Shown here in pieces: positions 41,428-51,809 of a stretch of 64,000 nucleotides of DNA (position 1 is the stretch's first letter; the number at the start of each line of letters is the position of its first letter). Below the pieces are notes generated by a model. The model searched no databases, had not been told where the DNA came from, and was given only the letters and a program-made list of their open reading frames with translations. The position numbers and the translations under genes were made by a program. The DNA comes from Smithellaceae bacterium. Lineage in GTDB: Bacteria > Desulfobacterota > Syntrophia > Syntrophales > Smithellaceae. The stretch lies in contig CAXXVL010000002.1 of NCBI GenBank assembly GCA_963667845.2, positions 896,001-960,000 of the forward strand. The letters are read 5' to 3'.

Positions 41428-42327
41428 TTATGACTTTCTGTCCATAATGTAGCGGGCGATCATCCGCAAGGGCAGCGCGCGTGCATCAAAAGCCGCAATA
41501 CCGGAAATGGCCGCCTCCACGTGCTGGGCCAATTTTTCCTTTGCTTCTTCGAGACCCAAAAGCGACGGATATGTAACTTTGCCGAGCGCTGCGTCACTGC
41601 CTGTCGTTTTGCCCATCCGAAGACTGTCGCCTTCGACATTGAGAATATCATCGGCAATCTGAAATGCAATGCCCACGTGGAGGCCGTAAACGCCGAGAGC
41701 CTGAAGCTTGGCGTCGCCCGCTCCCGCAAGGATTCCACCGGCCCGGACCGCCGCAATGATCAATGCGCCGGTTTTCCGCCGATGGATATCGGTAAGCCCC
41801 TCGAAATCCGGCTTGATTTTTTCCGCACGAATATCCAGCGCCTGTCCGCCGACCATCCCGGAGATGCCGGCGGCAGATGCGATTTCCTGGATGACGGCCA
41901 AGCGTCTTTCTGCCGCCAGACGCACCTTTTCGGCACGAGATAAGAGCACGAATGCCTCAGTCAAGAGCGCATCGCCCGCCAGAACGGCCAGCGCCTCGCC
42001 GAAAACCTTGTGACTGGTGGGTTTTCCGCGGCGAAAGTCGTCGTTATCCATGGCCGGCAGATCGTCATGAATCAGAGAATAGGTGTGAATCAATTCCAGC
42101 GCGCAGGCGACCGGCATCGCCGGAGCGATATCACCGCCGCAGGCCTCCAGAGCCGCCAGGCAAAGAATCGGCCGGATCCTCTTGCCGCCCGCGAAAACAC
42201 TATAATGCACGGCGGTACGCAATTCCTGAGGAACGCTTTCTTCTTCCGAAAGATAACGTTCCAATGCTTCTTCAACGATCTTCCGTCGATCCTTCAAATA
42301 GGCGTCAAGAAAATCCTCATTATTCAT
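41428..42327 (-). CDS. ispA: Geranyltranstransferase / FPP synthase
   Basis: GGKRIRP, SLIHDDLPAMDNDDFRRG, GGQALD, KTG, FQIADD. Confidence 0.95.
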   Translation of the reverse strand: MNNEDFLDAYLKDRRKIVEEALERYLSEEESVPQELRTAVHYSVFAGGKRIRPILCLAALEACGGDIAPAMPVACALELIHTYSLIHDDLPAMDNDDFRRGKPTSHKVFGEALAVLAGDALLTEAFVLLSRAEKVRLAAERRLAVIQEIASAAGISGMVGGQALDIRAEKIKPDFEGLTDIHRRKTGALIIAAVRAGGILAGAGDAKLQALGVYGLHVGIAFQIADDILNVEGDSLRMGKTTGSDAALGKVTYPSLLGLEEAKEKLAQHVEAAISGIAAFDARALPLRMIARYIMDRKS

Positions 42328-42553
42328 CGATGTCTTCATCCTGAAAGTCTTTTACGTGCAGCGCATTTTCTTTTTCCAGCAACTGTTCAACGCGGCGCTG
42401 GGTTTCGTCGAGCTTGGCGGAACAAAAGCGGATCAATCGGACGCCTTCTTCAAAGGATTTCAGTGCCGAATCCAGCGGCATTTCACCCGTTTCCATTTCT
42501 CTTACTATATTTTCCAGTTTTTCCAAAGCGTCTTCAAATTTTTCCTTTGCCAT
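42320..42553 (-). CDS. xseB: Exodeoxyribonuclease VII small subunit
   Basis: FEDALEKLENIVREMETGEMPLDSALKSFEEG. Confidence 0.95.
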   Translation of the reverse strand: MAKEKFEDALEKLENIVREMETGEMPLDSALKSFEEGVRLIRFCSAKLDETQRRVEQLLEKENALHVKDFQDEDIDE

Positions 42554-42558
42554 GTTGT

Positions 42559-43899
42559 TTACTCCTCCTGAATTTGATCCACACGCGCCCGAATAACGCC
42601 TCCGGCCAATTGAACACTGACCCTTTCGTCCAAAGTCAACGCTCCGGCCCGGCGGATAATTTCGCCATTCGAGAACCGGCGCGTGATGCTGTAACCGCGC
42701 TCAAGGACGCCAAGAGGACTTAAGGAAGAAAGCAGCGCTCCGTTTTTATTGAGACGTTCTTCGAGATTCCGGACATAGCCTGTCCAGCCGCTCATCAGTT
42801 CTTTTTCCAGACGAGTGAGTAGAAGTCTTTGTTCCCTGACCTGCCTTAACGGATTTTGATTTTGCAGGCCCTTCTCCAAATGGTTTACTTTGCTTTGCCA
42901 TATCTGCGTCCTGTGAGTGAGAGCTCGTTGAATCCGGTCGCGCAGGTCATCCACGTGAATTGAAAAATCAACCAGAAAACGGCGCGGATCCTTGAATCTT
43001 TTCCGCAGGGACAGCAGTTGCCCGTTCTTGGCCGTGAGGAGCCGGCGCTGGGCGGCGATCAGCCGCCGGCGCAGCGCTGCAAGACTTTCTTCCAGATCGG
43101 CCCTTTTCGGAACCGCCAGTTCCGCTGCGGTTGAAGGCGTCGGTGCGCGCAGGTCCGCCACAAAATCGCAAATGGTGTAATCGGTTTCGTGACCGACGGC
43201 CGAAATGATGGGAATGGATGAATGAAAGATTTCTCTGGCCAGCACTTCGTCATTAAACGGGGCAAGGTCCTCCAGGGAGCCGCCGCCTCTGGCGATGATG
43301 ATCATATCGACCTTGCCGTAAGCTTGCAGGTTGCGCAGGGATGAAATGATTTCGCCCGCCGCCTCGGCGCCCTGAACTCGCGCCGGTGCGATTAATATGT
43401 TCACGGAAGGAAATCGCCGGCGGGTGATGTTCAAAATATCCCGAATGACCGCACCTGTTGGAGATGTGATGACGCCAATGCGTTCGGGAAGAAACGGCAG
43501 TTTTCTTTTGTGAATCTCATCAAACAGTCCTTCCCGGGACAGTTGGAGTTTCAATTGCTCAAAAGCTCTCTGCAGCGCTCCCACCCCCCGAGGTTCGACG
43601 GACTCCACGATGAGTTGATATTCGCCGCGAGGCGGGTAAGCGCTGAGCCGCGCCCGACACAGAATCTTCATGCCATCTTCCAGATCAAACTTCGCCGCGC
43701 GGCCGCCCCCGTATCCGTACTGACGAAAATATACCGACCGAATCTGGCTTTTGTCGTCTTTCAAAGTAAAGTAGACATGGCCGGATTGCGGGCGGCGTAA
43801 ATTGGAAACTTCTCCTTCGACCCAGAGTAAACCGAAGGCTTCCTCCAGGAAAGCTTTAATATTGTCATTTAGTTGTGAAACAGTTAGAATGTCTTTCAT
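42559..43899 (-). CDS. xseA: Exodeoxyribonuclease VII large subunit
   Basis: VEGEVSN, SGHVYFTLKD, RGGGSLEDL, SAVGHETD, RAPTPS, LERGYSI. Confidence 0.97.
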   Translation of the reverse strand: MKDILTVSQLNDNIKAFLEEAFGLLWVEGEVSNLRRPQSGHVYFTLKDDKSQIRSVYFRQYGYGGGRAAKFDLEDGMKILCRARLSAYPPRGEYQLIVESVEPRGVGALQRAFEQLKLQLSREGLFDEIHKRKLPFLPERIGVITSPTGAVIRDILNITRRRFPSVNILIAPARVQGAEAAGEIISSLRNLQAYGKVDMIIIARGGGSLEDLAPFNDEVLAREIFHSSIPIISAVGHETDYTICDFVADLRAPTPSTAAELAVPKRADLEESLAALRRRLIAAQRRLLTAKNGQLLSLRKRFKDPRRFLVDFSIHVDDLRDRIQRALTHRTQIWQSKVNHLEKGLQNQNPLRQVREQRLLLTRLEKELMSGWTGYVRNLEERLNKNGALLSSLSPLGVLERGYSITRRFSNGEIIRRAGALTLDERVSVQLAGGVIRARVDQIQEE

Positions 43900-44186
43900 C
43901 TGCTGCAATGAACTACCAGATATTGGCAGGTATGACAAGTTTCAATTCCCGATTGTTCATGGAGCCCTGGCGAGCCATTACCGGCAGGGAAGCAATTTAT
44001 ATCCCGCGCTTCCGAGAGGCGTTATGGCCATGCGGGAAATCAAAGACCCCCGAATATTCTGCTGCCGGTAGCCCGAGCGGTCACGACCCTGAGTATCTTA
44101 AATTCGAACTACCGGCTTTGATTTAAGAATTTCTGTTTGCCTGACAGGAATGGCTGTGTTAATAATTTTCCAGAAGGGGTGACAGT

Positions 44187-45545
44187 ATGTCCGACAAATA
44201 TGATCTCATTGTTATTGGTGGTGGGCCGGGAGGGCTGGCCGCGGCGGAAATGGCCGCAGCTAAGAATAAACGAGTTCTCATCATTGAAAAAGACGGCTGG
44301 GGCGGTACGTGTACCCATCGCGGCTGCATCCCCACCAAGGCACTGCTTGCGTGCAGCAAATTTTATACGGATCTAAAAAAGCTCAAACGCATCGGTGTTA
44401 ACGTTAACGATGTTTCTTTTGATTTTGCAGCTATGAAAAAACACCGGGAGCAGATTGTTAAAATCGCAGCCCTGGGTGCGCAAAAAGCACTGGCCGACGC
44501 GCATGTCGAAACAAAACTGGGTACGGGCGAAATAGTCTCGCCCGGGGAAGTACGATTCATGGATTCGTCCGGACAAAATCACCAACTGACGACCGGCAGC
44601 ATCCTGATCGCCTGGGGATCAGAACCCCTTATTCTGAAGGATATCCAGACTGCGGAACGGATTCTTACGTCGGACGATATTCTCGGCATGACAACGCTGC
44701 CCACAAGCATGATCATTGTCGGCGGCAGTTTTATCGGCGTTGAATACGCCACAGTATTTGCCGAACTCGGCGTCAAGGTCATTCTGGTCGAACTGCTGGA
44801 TCGCATTTTACCCCAGGAAGATAACGAAGCCGCGGCTTTTCTCAATCAGGAGCTGGCTCGTTTGGGTATCGCTCTTCACACGCAAACCGCGCTCGTGAGC
44901 CTCAAGGAATCGTCGGGTGGCGTCGTGATGCAAGTCCGGAAAAACGACGAAACAATGGAAATGCGTGCCGGATGCGCTCTGCTGTGCACAGGCCGCAAAC
45001 CGTTTCTGCTGAGAGACCAGTTGAATAGACTGGGAATTGATTACACAACTGCCGGAATCAAAATCGGGGCGGACATGCAGACAAATGTGCGGGGCGTTTA
45101 TGCTGCAGGCGATGTGACCGGCGGCATGATGCTGGCGCACCGTGCGTCCCGGCAGGCCAGAGTTGCAGTAGAAAACCTATACGGCGGCAGTGAATATGAG
45201 TACAACGAAAATGCCATACCATCCGTCGTTTACAGTCATCCGCAGATTGCCCGTGTCGGTTATACGCAAAAGCGTGCGGAAAGTGAAGGCTTTAAAATAG
45301 AGGTTGTCAAATCCCAATACAGCGCCAATATCATTGCCCGCGCCGAATTGATGGGACAGGGCTTTGTCAAGGCCGTCTTCCACGAAGACAAGATCATCGG
45401 CGCGGTCATCGTCGGCGATCATGCCGCCGACCTTATTTCACCGCTCGCCCTCGCCGTATCCAATAAGATGACCCGAAAGCAGCTTCACACCTGGGTAATC
45501 CCGCACCCGACACTCAGTGAAATTTTTTCATCGTTTAACGGGTGA
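44187..45545 (+). CDS. lpdA: Dihydrolipoyl dehydrogenase-family flavoprotein
   Basis: GGGPGG, GGTCTHRGCIPTK, GGSFIGVE, AGDV..MLAH, PHPTLSE. Confidence 0.85.
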   Translation: MSDKYDLIVIGGGPGGLAAAEMAAAKNKRVLIIEKDGWGGTCTHRGCIPTKALLACSKFYTDLKKLKRIGVNVNDVSFDFAAMKKHREQIVKIAALGAQKALADAHVETKLGTGEIVSPGEVRFMDSSGQNHQLTTGSILIAWGSEPLILKDIQTAERILTSDDILGMTTLPTSMIIVGGSFIGVEYATVFAELGVKVILVELLDRILPQEDNEAAAFLNQELARLGIALHTQTALVSLKESSGGVVMQVRKNDETMEMRAGCALLCTGRKPFLLRDQLNRLGIDYTTAGIKIGADMQTNVRGVYAAGDVTGGMMLAHRASRQARVAVENLYGGSEYEYNENAIPSVVYSHPQIARVGYTQKRAESEGFKIEVVKSQYSANIIARAELMGQGFVKAVFHEDKIIGAVIVGDHAADLISPLALAVSNKMTRKQLHTWVIPHPTLSEIFSSFNG

Positions 45546-45571
45546 TCGCAAAGGATCAATGGCTCAGTTAC

Positions 45572-45607
45572 AAACGCCCCGGAGTTCGGCGAACTACGGG
45601 GCGTTTT
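45572..45607. terminator. Bidirectional terminator-like hairpin between convergent genes
   Basis: AAACGCCCCG-g-AGTTC-GGC-GAACT-a-CGGGGCGTTT. Confidence 0.7.
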
Positions 45608-45650
45608 AATTCGGGGCTCTTGAAAAAGAGAGCGGGGGTTCCGATGCGAT

Positions 45651-46520
45651 TTATTTCTTGTAGCTGTACCAGCCTTCTCCGGTCTTTTGACCAAACTTGC
45701 CCTCCGTCACTTTTTTTACGACGCTCGGCACGGGAAGGTCCGCCGCATTACCGGACTCATAGAAGTGGCTCATCCCGACATCGTAAGTCAGATCGATACC
45801 CGTCAAATCCATCAGCCGGAACGGTCCCATCGGATGACCGGCCCCATAGACACAAGCCTTGTCGATATCCTCAAAAGAGGCCACGCCCATTTCCAGCATC
45901 CAGAGCGCTTCTTTGGAAATCACCTTGAAAATGCGGTTCAAAACAAAACCGTCTACTTCCTTCTTTATATGGATGGGGATTTTGTCAATTTTCAGACAGA
46001 AATCCATCATGCACTTTGCCGTTTCATCCGAGACATGGGGTCCCTGGACGACTTCGACCAGCTTCATGACCAGAGCCGGATTGAAGAAGTGAAGGTTGCA
46101 GACCTGAGAGGGGCGCAAGGTGGCGTCCGCAATCCGGGAGCTGATGATAAAGGAACTGTTGGTTGCCAGAATGGCTTTGGCCGGCGCATACTTATCCAGG
46201 TCGGCAAAGATCTTACGCTTCAGGTCGATTCTTTCCAGAACGGCTTCAATAACCACATCGGCATCCTTCACTGCCTCTTTCAAATCGCCTGTAAATGAGA
46301 TCAGACTCCAGACCTTCTTTGCCTGTTCTTCCGTCAATTTCCCCTTCTGGACACGGCCCGGCAGGTAGCCTTCGACAAACTTCTGGGCTTTTTCCAGAAC
46401 GGCCGGTACGACGTCCGTACTGACGGTCTTAAACCCGGAAAGAGCGCACTGAAGTGCAATTTGATGGCCCATATTGCCGGCGCCAACGACACAAACATTT
46501 TTCACATCTTCAATTTTCAT
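45651..46520 (-). CDS. 3-hydroxyacyl-CoA dehydrogenase
   Basis: GAGNMG, IEAVLE, ATNSS, LHFFNP, GFVLNR, GHPMGPF..MDLTGID. Confidence 0.94.
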   Translation of the reverse strand: MKIEDVKNVCVVGAGNMGHQIALQCALSGFKTVSTDVVPAVLEKAQKFVEGYLPGRVQKGKLTEEQAKKVWSLISFTGDLKEAVKDADVVIEAVLERIDLKRKIFADLDKYAPAKAILATNSSFIISSRIADATLRPSQVCNLHFFNPALVMKLVEVVQGPHVSDETAKCMMDFCLKIDKIPIHIKKEVDGFVLNRIFKVISKEALWMLEMGVASFEDIDKACVYGAGHPMGPFRLMDLTGIDLTYDVGMSHFYESGNAADLPVPSVVKKVTEGKFGQKTGEGWYSYKK

Positions 46521-46721
46521 GTTTCATCCTCACTTTCGTTCATTAATTATCTTATACGTCAGACAGCGATGCTTTCCGAATTCTACAATTTCCAACATCG
46601 TTCGTTGTATGAATTATTTTGCCGGAGGTGTTTTGTCAAGTCATATTTTGAATTTACATTTGACAGGCCGAATACTTCTGTTGTAGAGACATCATAATTC
46701 TGAAAGGATGGTTGCCAATCC

Positions 46722-47348
46722 ATGAGAAAAACCGTAACCCCCGGCGGGGAGGCTAAACCCAGGCGCAATAATGATCTGTTTCAAAAAAGACAGATGCAAA
46801 TCATCAGAAAAGCGACAAAGCTTTTCGTGAAAAAGGGCTACGCTCAGACATCCATGCGGGAAATTTCCAAAGCGACCGGCATCGATATCCGGAACTTATA
46901 TTATTTTATCAAAAGCAAAGACGAAATTCTTTTTCTGGTGATGGAAATGATTCATCAGCGCGAAATTGAACTTTTTGAGAAGCAGGGTATCATGGACATT
47001 GATGATCCCGTTTCGCAGCTAAGAGCCGTTATTCAAGGATTAATCGATAACGGGTATGGCTATGGAGAAGAAATCCTGCTCTTATACCGGGAATCCAAAT
47101 CACTCTCGAAGCGTCTGCTTAAGATCATCTTGGCCAGGGAAAGTCAGGTTGTCGCCCAGATAGAAGAAATCCTGAAGAAAGGCATCGGCAGAGAAGTCTT
47201 TCATTTTACAGACGCTTCTTTTACCGCCAATATGATCGTTTACGAATTGTCGGTACATGCACTGCGTAAATGGAATTTGAAAGACTATTCAAAAGACGAA
47301 CTCATCAACCTGATCGAAGAGCATGTCATGAAAGCGGTCATGGGTTGA
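46722..47348 (+). CDS. TetR/AcrR-family regulator
   Basis: LFVKKGYAQTSMREISKATG...LYYFIKSKDEIL. Confidence 0.93.
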   Translation: MRKTVTPGGEAKPRRNNDLFQKRQMQIIRKATKLFVKKGYAQTSMREISKATGIDIRNLYYFIKSKDEILFLVMEMIHQREIELFEKQGIMDIDDPVSQLRAVIQGLIDNGYGYGEEILLLYRESKSLSKRLLKIILARESQVVAQIEEILKKGIGREVFHFTDASFTANMIVYELSVHALRKWNLKDYSKDELINLIEEHVMKAVMG

Positions 47349-47384
47349 TTTCTTTTTCTCTGCGGTGGCAAGGGTAAGAAAATA

Positions 47385-47414
47385 AAAAAGGCGGTCGAAA
47401 TCGACCGCCTTTTT
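47385..47414 (+). terminator. Intrinsic terminator after the TetR gene
   Basis: AAAAAGGCGGTCGA-AA-TCGACCGCCTTTTT. Confidence 0.85.
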
Positions 47415-47708
47415 GTTATCACTGTGCGCGGGTTTCGTTATAGAATTCCGGCGCGACAATACGGCAATCGGGAGGGAAACGACGAGGTGAATGGCGTGTC
47501 CATCTTCATTTCCATGCCACGATACCCTTGAAAAGTCCTATCCTGGGCAAGAAACTTCGAAGACAGGCAAAACAGCAAATAGCGCTTTACGTGCTGCGGA
47601 AATTTGAGACTCGCTTCCTAAAAAAAGTGCTTGACAGAGCAATGCCTTCCATTTAATACAACCAGCGCTCGTTGTATCGCGCCGAATCCACACTGCAGGA
47701 GAAATTCT

Positions 47709-48584
47709 ATGACCATGAAGACAAGTAAAATCATCGTATCGAGGGGAACTTTCAACGTCCGCGACCGCGGAAACAAAGATGCACTGCCCGTCGTCATGCT
47801 GCATGGATGGCCGGAAAGTTCGTATTGCTGGGAGGGTGTGACCGCGTGGCTTGATCCGAATCTACGCGTTGTTGCTCCGGATTTACGGGGTCTGGGTGAC
47901 AGCGAACGCACACTGGACGTCAAGGCCTATCAGAAAGTCGAATTGGCCAAAGATATGATTGAGGTCATCGATGCCCTCGGTATCAAAGAATTCTTCCTGG
48001 TCGGCCACGACTGGGGCGGCATCGTGGCTCAGGAACTGGCTTTTCTCATTCCCGATCGCGTGAAAAGACTTGTCATTCTGAATATTCCCATCCTCACCAA
48101 TATCAAGGGGGCGGAGGAAGTGGCAAAGGCCATGATCGCCATGAGATTCATGCCTTACTGGTATCAATATTTTCAGATGATGCCGGGGTTGCCCGAAGTC
48201 ATGATCAAGGGCAACGAACGTGCCTGGGTCAGCTTCTTCTTCGGCAAGAAAGGCCAGGACGGCACGATTCCCGCGGAAGCCGTTGCCGAATACATCCGTT
48301 GCTATAGTATTGAAAATACGCCGGCCACCGCCGCTTCGTTTTATCGTTCCATGGTCCTTGACGCTCCACATTGGGCGACACTCCCCGGAAAGAGGTTTAC
48401 CATGCCGTCGCTTTATATTTACGGAAACGAGGATACGGTGATTGTCCCGGCCAACATTACCCACCTGGAGGATTGCTTTGATTCGATTAAAGTTGAACAG
48501 GTCAAGGCGGCACACTTTCTTCAAGAAGAGAAACCTCAAGAAGTCGCTAATTTAATGAACAGTTTTTTCAAGGAGAATCAATAA
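47709..48584 (+). CDS. Alpha/beta hydrolase, epoxide hydrolase/dehalogenase-like
   Basis: LHGWPE, APDLRGLGDS, GHDWGG, AAHFLQEE. Confidence 0.92.
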   Translation: MTMKTSKIIVSRGTFNVRDRGNKDALPVVMLHGWPESSYCWEGVTAWLDPNLRVVAPDLRGLGDSERTLDVKAYQKVELAKDMIEVIDALGIKEFFLVGHDWGGIVAQELAFLIPDRVKRLVILNIPILTNIKGAEEVAKAMIAMRFMPYWYQYFQMMPGLPEVMIKGNERAWVSFFFGKKGQDGTIPAEAVAEYIRCYSIENTPATAASFYRSMVLDAPHWATLPGKRFTMPSLYIYGNEDTVIVPANITHLEDCFDSIKVEQVKAAHFLQEEKPQEVANLMNSFFKENQ

Positions 48585-48964
48585 TGTCCGGCATTAAAAG
48601 CAACGATGATCAATTTCAGGCATTAGCTGATAACGCGAACGAAGAACCCTTCGTCATGCTCAACCTTCTGAAGTTTAAAAAGGACGGTGGCCGCGAAGCT
48701 TATTTCCGTTACATCAAGGAATCGGGTCCTTTCGTCGCAGCGGTCGGCGCCAAGGTGATATATTTTGGAAAACCAAAAGAATTGCTCCAGGGGGAGGAAG
48801 ACTGGGATCTCCTGATGCTTGTCCAATATCCGTCACGCAAGGCGTTCCAGACAATGACCCATAACCCCGACTATCTCAGGGTTCATGAATTCCGTGCCGA
48901 AGGCGTCGAACGAGCCGTTCTCTATGCGACAGATCCTGTAAAATTCAAGGATATTCTTAAGTAG
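48584..48964 (+). CDS. DUF1330-like small alpha/beta protein
   Basis: MLNLLKF, AYFRY, WDLLMLVQYPSRKAF, DY...R. Confidence 0.8.
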   Translation: MSGIKSNDDQFQALADNANEEPFVMLNLLKFKKDGGREAYFRYIKESGPFVAAVGAKVIYFGKPKELLQGEEDWDLLMLVQYPSRKAFQTMTHNPDYLRVHEFRAEGVERAVLYATDPVKFKDILK

Positions 48965-49057
48965 CGGATTACAGGCGACATCGGATCAGGATAAAAAACG
49001 TAGTCCCCGAATTTCTTGAAGCGGGATACTACATATCTTACACACCGAGGTGAAATT

Positions 49058-50865
49058 ATGACGAAAGAAGCAGACATTAATTCCGTGTATGACAGCCCGA
49101 ACAATCTGGTCGACTTATTCGAACAGAGCGTGGCCAAGTGGCCGAACAACCGGCTTTTCGGCACCAAGAATCCGGCGTCCGGAAAGTATGAGTGGATAAC
49201 ACGCAGGGAGGTAGCCGGCAGGGTTGCAATCTGCGGGGCGCTTTGAAGAAGCTCGGGCTTTCCCAGAGAGAGAGAGTCGGAGTGATTCTCAACAACTGCT
49301 CGGAATGGTTTATTTTGGAGCAGGCAGTTCACGGACTGGGAGGTGTTTTTGTTCCCATGTATCTGCAGGAGCTTCCGAAAGTCATGCAATATATCATTAC
49401 CGACGCCGAGGTTAAGTTCCTGTTTGCCCAGGACGGCAAGACGTATGACAAAGTCAAGGATTTCAAAAATAGTATTCCCACGTTGAAAGAAATATTTGTC
49501 GTTTTCGGTAAGGGTGAGAATTCCCTCTCAGCCCTGGAGGAAATGGGCAAGAAAAATCCCGCACCTTCGATTAAACCCGCCTGGTCGGATCTGGCCAATA
49601 TCGTCTATACATCGGGCACCACCGGCGATCCGAAGGGTGTCATGCTTTCTCACGGTACTCTGACGCTGTGCCCACGCGCCGGTGTGGAGATGTTTGATCT
49701 GGATGAAACCATGCATGTGGTGGCGATTCTTCCCTGGGCTCACGTCTTTGGCTTGGCCGCCGACCTCCATGATTACGTTCTTTGCGGCGGCGGTATTGCT
49801 TTTGCCGAATCCGTGGACAAACTGATTCAGAATTTTGCGGAAGTCAAACCCACTGGGCTCTCCGTGGTCCCCCGCATCGTCAACAAAGTCTATGATACCA
49901 TTCAGCAGGGAGTTGCCGCCGATCCGGTCAAAAAGCAGTTTTTTGATGCAGCCGTTGCCGAGGCAATCAAAAACAGAGATCTTCCCGAGAAAACAAAAGA
50001 ATTCAAAGATTATGATGCGCTGGTTTTCTCTCAGGTGCGCAATATTTTCGGCGGCGCTCTGAAATTCTTCGTCACCGGCAGCGCGCTCATGAAACCGGAA
50101 ATCGCCCTCTTCTTTAAAGACATCGGCCAGCCGACGTTCGACGGTTACGGACTCACGGAAACCGGTCCCACGCTGACCATGAACTCGCCCAAGTACGGCA
50201 ATAAATACGGAACCGTCGGCAAAGTCGTGAAAAATATGCACGTCGTGATCGACAAATCACGTGTAGGCGAAGAAAGCCTGGATGGTGAAATCATTGCTTA
50301 TGGTCCGCATATCATGATGGGCTACCTCAATAAACCGCAGCAGACGGCGGAAGTCATGATGCCGGACAAATGGAACGGCTTCCCGGGCATCCGCACCGGT
50401 GACCGCGGCTGGATTGACGAGGAAGGTTATTTGCATATCACCGGACGCTTCAAGGATGAATATAAACTGGCCAACGGCAAGTATGTTCATCCGGAAGGCA
50501 TTGAAAATGAATTGAAGCTTTTGAGATATGTTCTCAATGTGATGTTGTATGGCGACGGCAAAGACTACAATGTGGCTCTTGTTGTTCCCGACTTTGCCGC
50601 CCTGCAGGCCGATCCGAACATCAAACCGCTTTTAAAAGGCACCCTGGAAGAATCGCTGAACCAGAAGGCGTTAACGGATTATCTGTCCAAAGATATTATC
50701 ACGCATCTGCGAAAAACTTACGGCAGCTATGAAGTGCCGCAGAAGTTCCTTTTCGTCGCGGAAGACTTCACAGTGGACAGCGGTATGCTGACCCAGACGA
50801 TGAAGCTAAAGCGTCCGCTCGTCATGAAGAAATATGGGGAGCAAATGCAGAATCTCTATAAGTAA
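49058..50865 (+). pseudogene. Long-chain acyl-CoA synthetase with a frameshift near codon 57 (real lesion or sequencing error)
   Basis: N-terminus MTKEAD...YEWITRREVAGRV in one frame continues as NLRGALKKLG...YTSGTTGDPKG, GYGLTE, RTGD in another; junction GTT GC AAT at 49223-49230. Confidence 0.8.
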
Positions 50866-50900
50866 GAGAAGCAAAAAACGTTTGCGTTTCTAAAACCGTC

Positions 50901-50936
50901 AAAGGGCGCTGTGAGGCATAGACAGCGCCCTTTTTT
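50901..50936 (+). terminator. Intrinsic terminator after the acyl-CoA synthetase
   Basis: GGGCGCTGT...ACAGCGCCC followed by TTTTTT. Confidence 0.8.
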
Positions 50937-51044
50937 GTCAAAATATGCCAGTCGACCCATATAGGTGACATGACTGAATGATTCGTCTGCTCATCTCCCG
51001 GGCTCCTGCCAGCGACTGTGATCGACTATCCCGGTCCAAATGGG

Positions 51045-51236
51045 CTACTTCGACGGTTTGAGGCGGTTATCCATTCCTGTGAAACCGCATTCCGGTTGAT
51101 AGCACGTGACGTTGAGAAACTCACATTTCTGTTTGCAGACGGGGCAGGTTTGCGGGGGGACCAGTTCGACAACCGTATTGCCGCAATTGCTGCACTTCCA
51201 GGTATTTTCGGGAAGCCCTGTTTTGTTTTCCGGCAT
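51045..51236 (-). CDS. Small rubredoxin-like metal-binding protein
   Basis: WKCSNCG...PPQTCPVC...CEF...CYQPEC; AGGAG RBS. Confidence 0.8.
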   Translation of the reverse strand: MPENKTGLPENTWKCSNCGNTVVELVPPQTCPVCKQKCEFLNVTCYQPECGFTGMDNRLKPSK

Positions 51237-51380
51237 GGCTTGTTCTCCTTAACCGATGTAATAATTAAATCTATCATAGAGAGCGCTTGGAATGCGATAC
51301 TTTTCCACCGGCGGAATATTCTTGAAATTACCATGCGCTTCCGGTAAACGAAAATAAGAATTCTTTTGGAGCATAAAGAC

Positions 51381-51809
51381 ATGGGATCAAAAAAAGCCGA
51401 CAATGATTTCAATCAACTCACGCTTCTGGGATCGGGCGAGAGAGCCAAGCCTGTCCGCAGGCTTGAAACTTTTCCCAATCGTGCCCGGCGCGACTATACG
51501 GTTACGTTGTCCACTGATGAATTTACCTGTGTCTGTCCAATGACCGGACAGCCGGATTTTGCCAAGATCACCATCCAGTATATTCCGGACAAGAAGATCG
51601 TCGAATCGAAATCGTTGAAACTCTATTTCTGGTCATTTCGCAATGAAGGCGTTTTTCACGAGCATGTTACCAACATCATCCTCGACGATCTGAAGGCTGC
51701 GCTTCGGCCCCGCTGGTGCAAAGTAACCGCTCAGTTCGCCGTCCGCGGCGGCATTGCCATTACTGTGGATGCGGAATATCGACAAAATAAGAAAAGCCAA
51801 AAGAAGTAA
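51381..51809 (+). CDS. queF: NADPH-dependent preQ0 reductase (type I)
   Basis: LETFPN, EFTCVCPMTGQPDFA, VESKSLKLY, FHE, RGGI. Confidence 0.95.
   Translation: MGSKKADNDFNQLTLLGSGERAKPVRRLETFPNRARRDYTVTLSTDEFTCVCPMTGQPDFAKITIQYIPDKKIVESKSLKLYFWSFRNEGVFHEHVTNIILDDLKAALRPRWCKVTAQFAVRGGIAITVDAEYRQNKKSQKK

Noticed and set aside
43940..44125. 6S RNA or SRP RNA call for the structured xseA/lpdA intergenic region
   Set aside because: The conserved 6S or SRP sequence hallmarks were not recognisable, so it is kept only as an unassigned structure.
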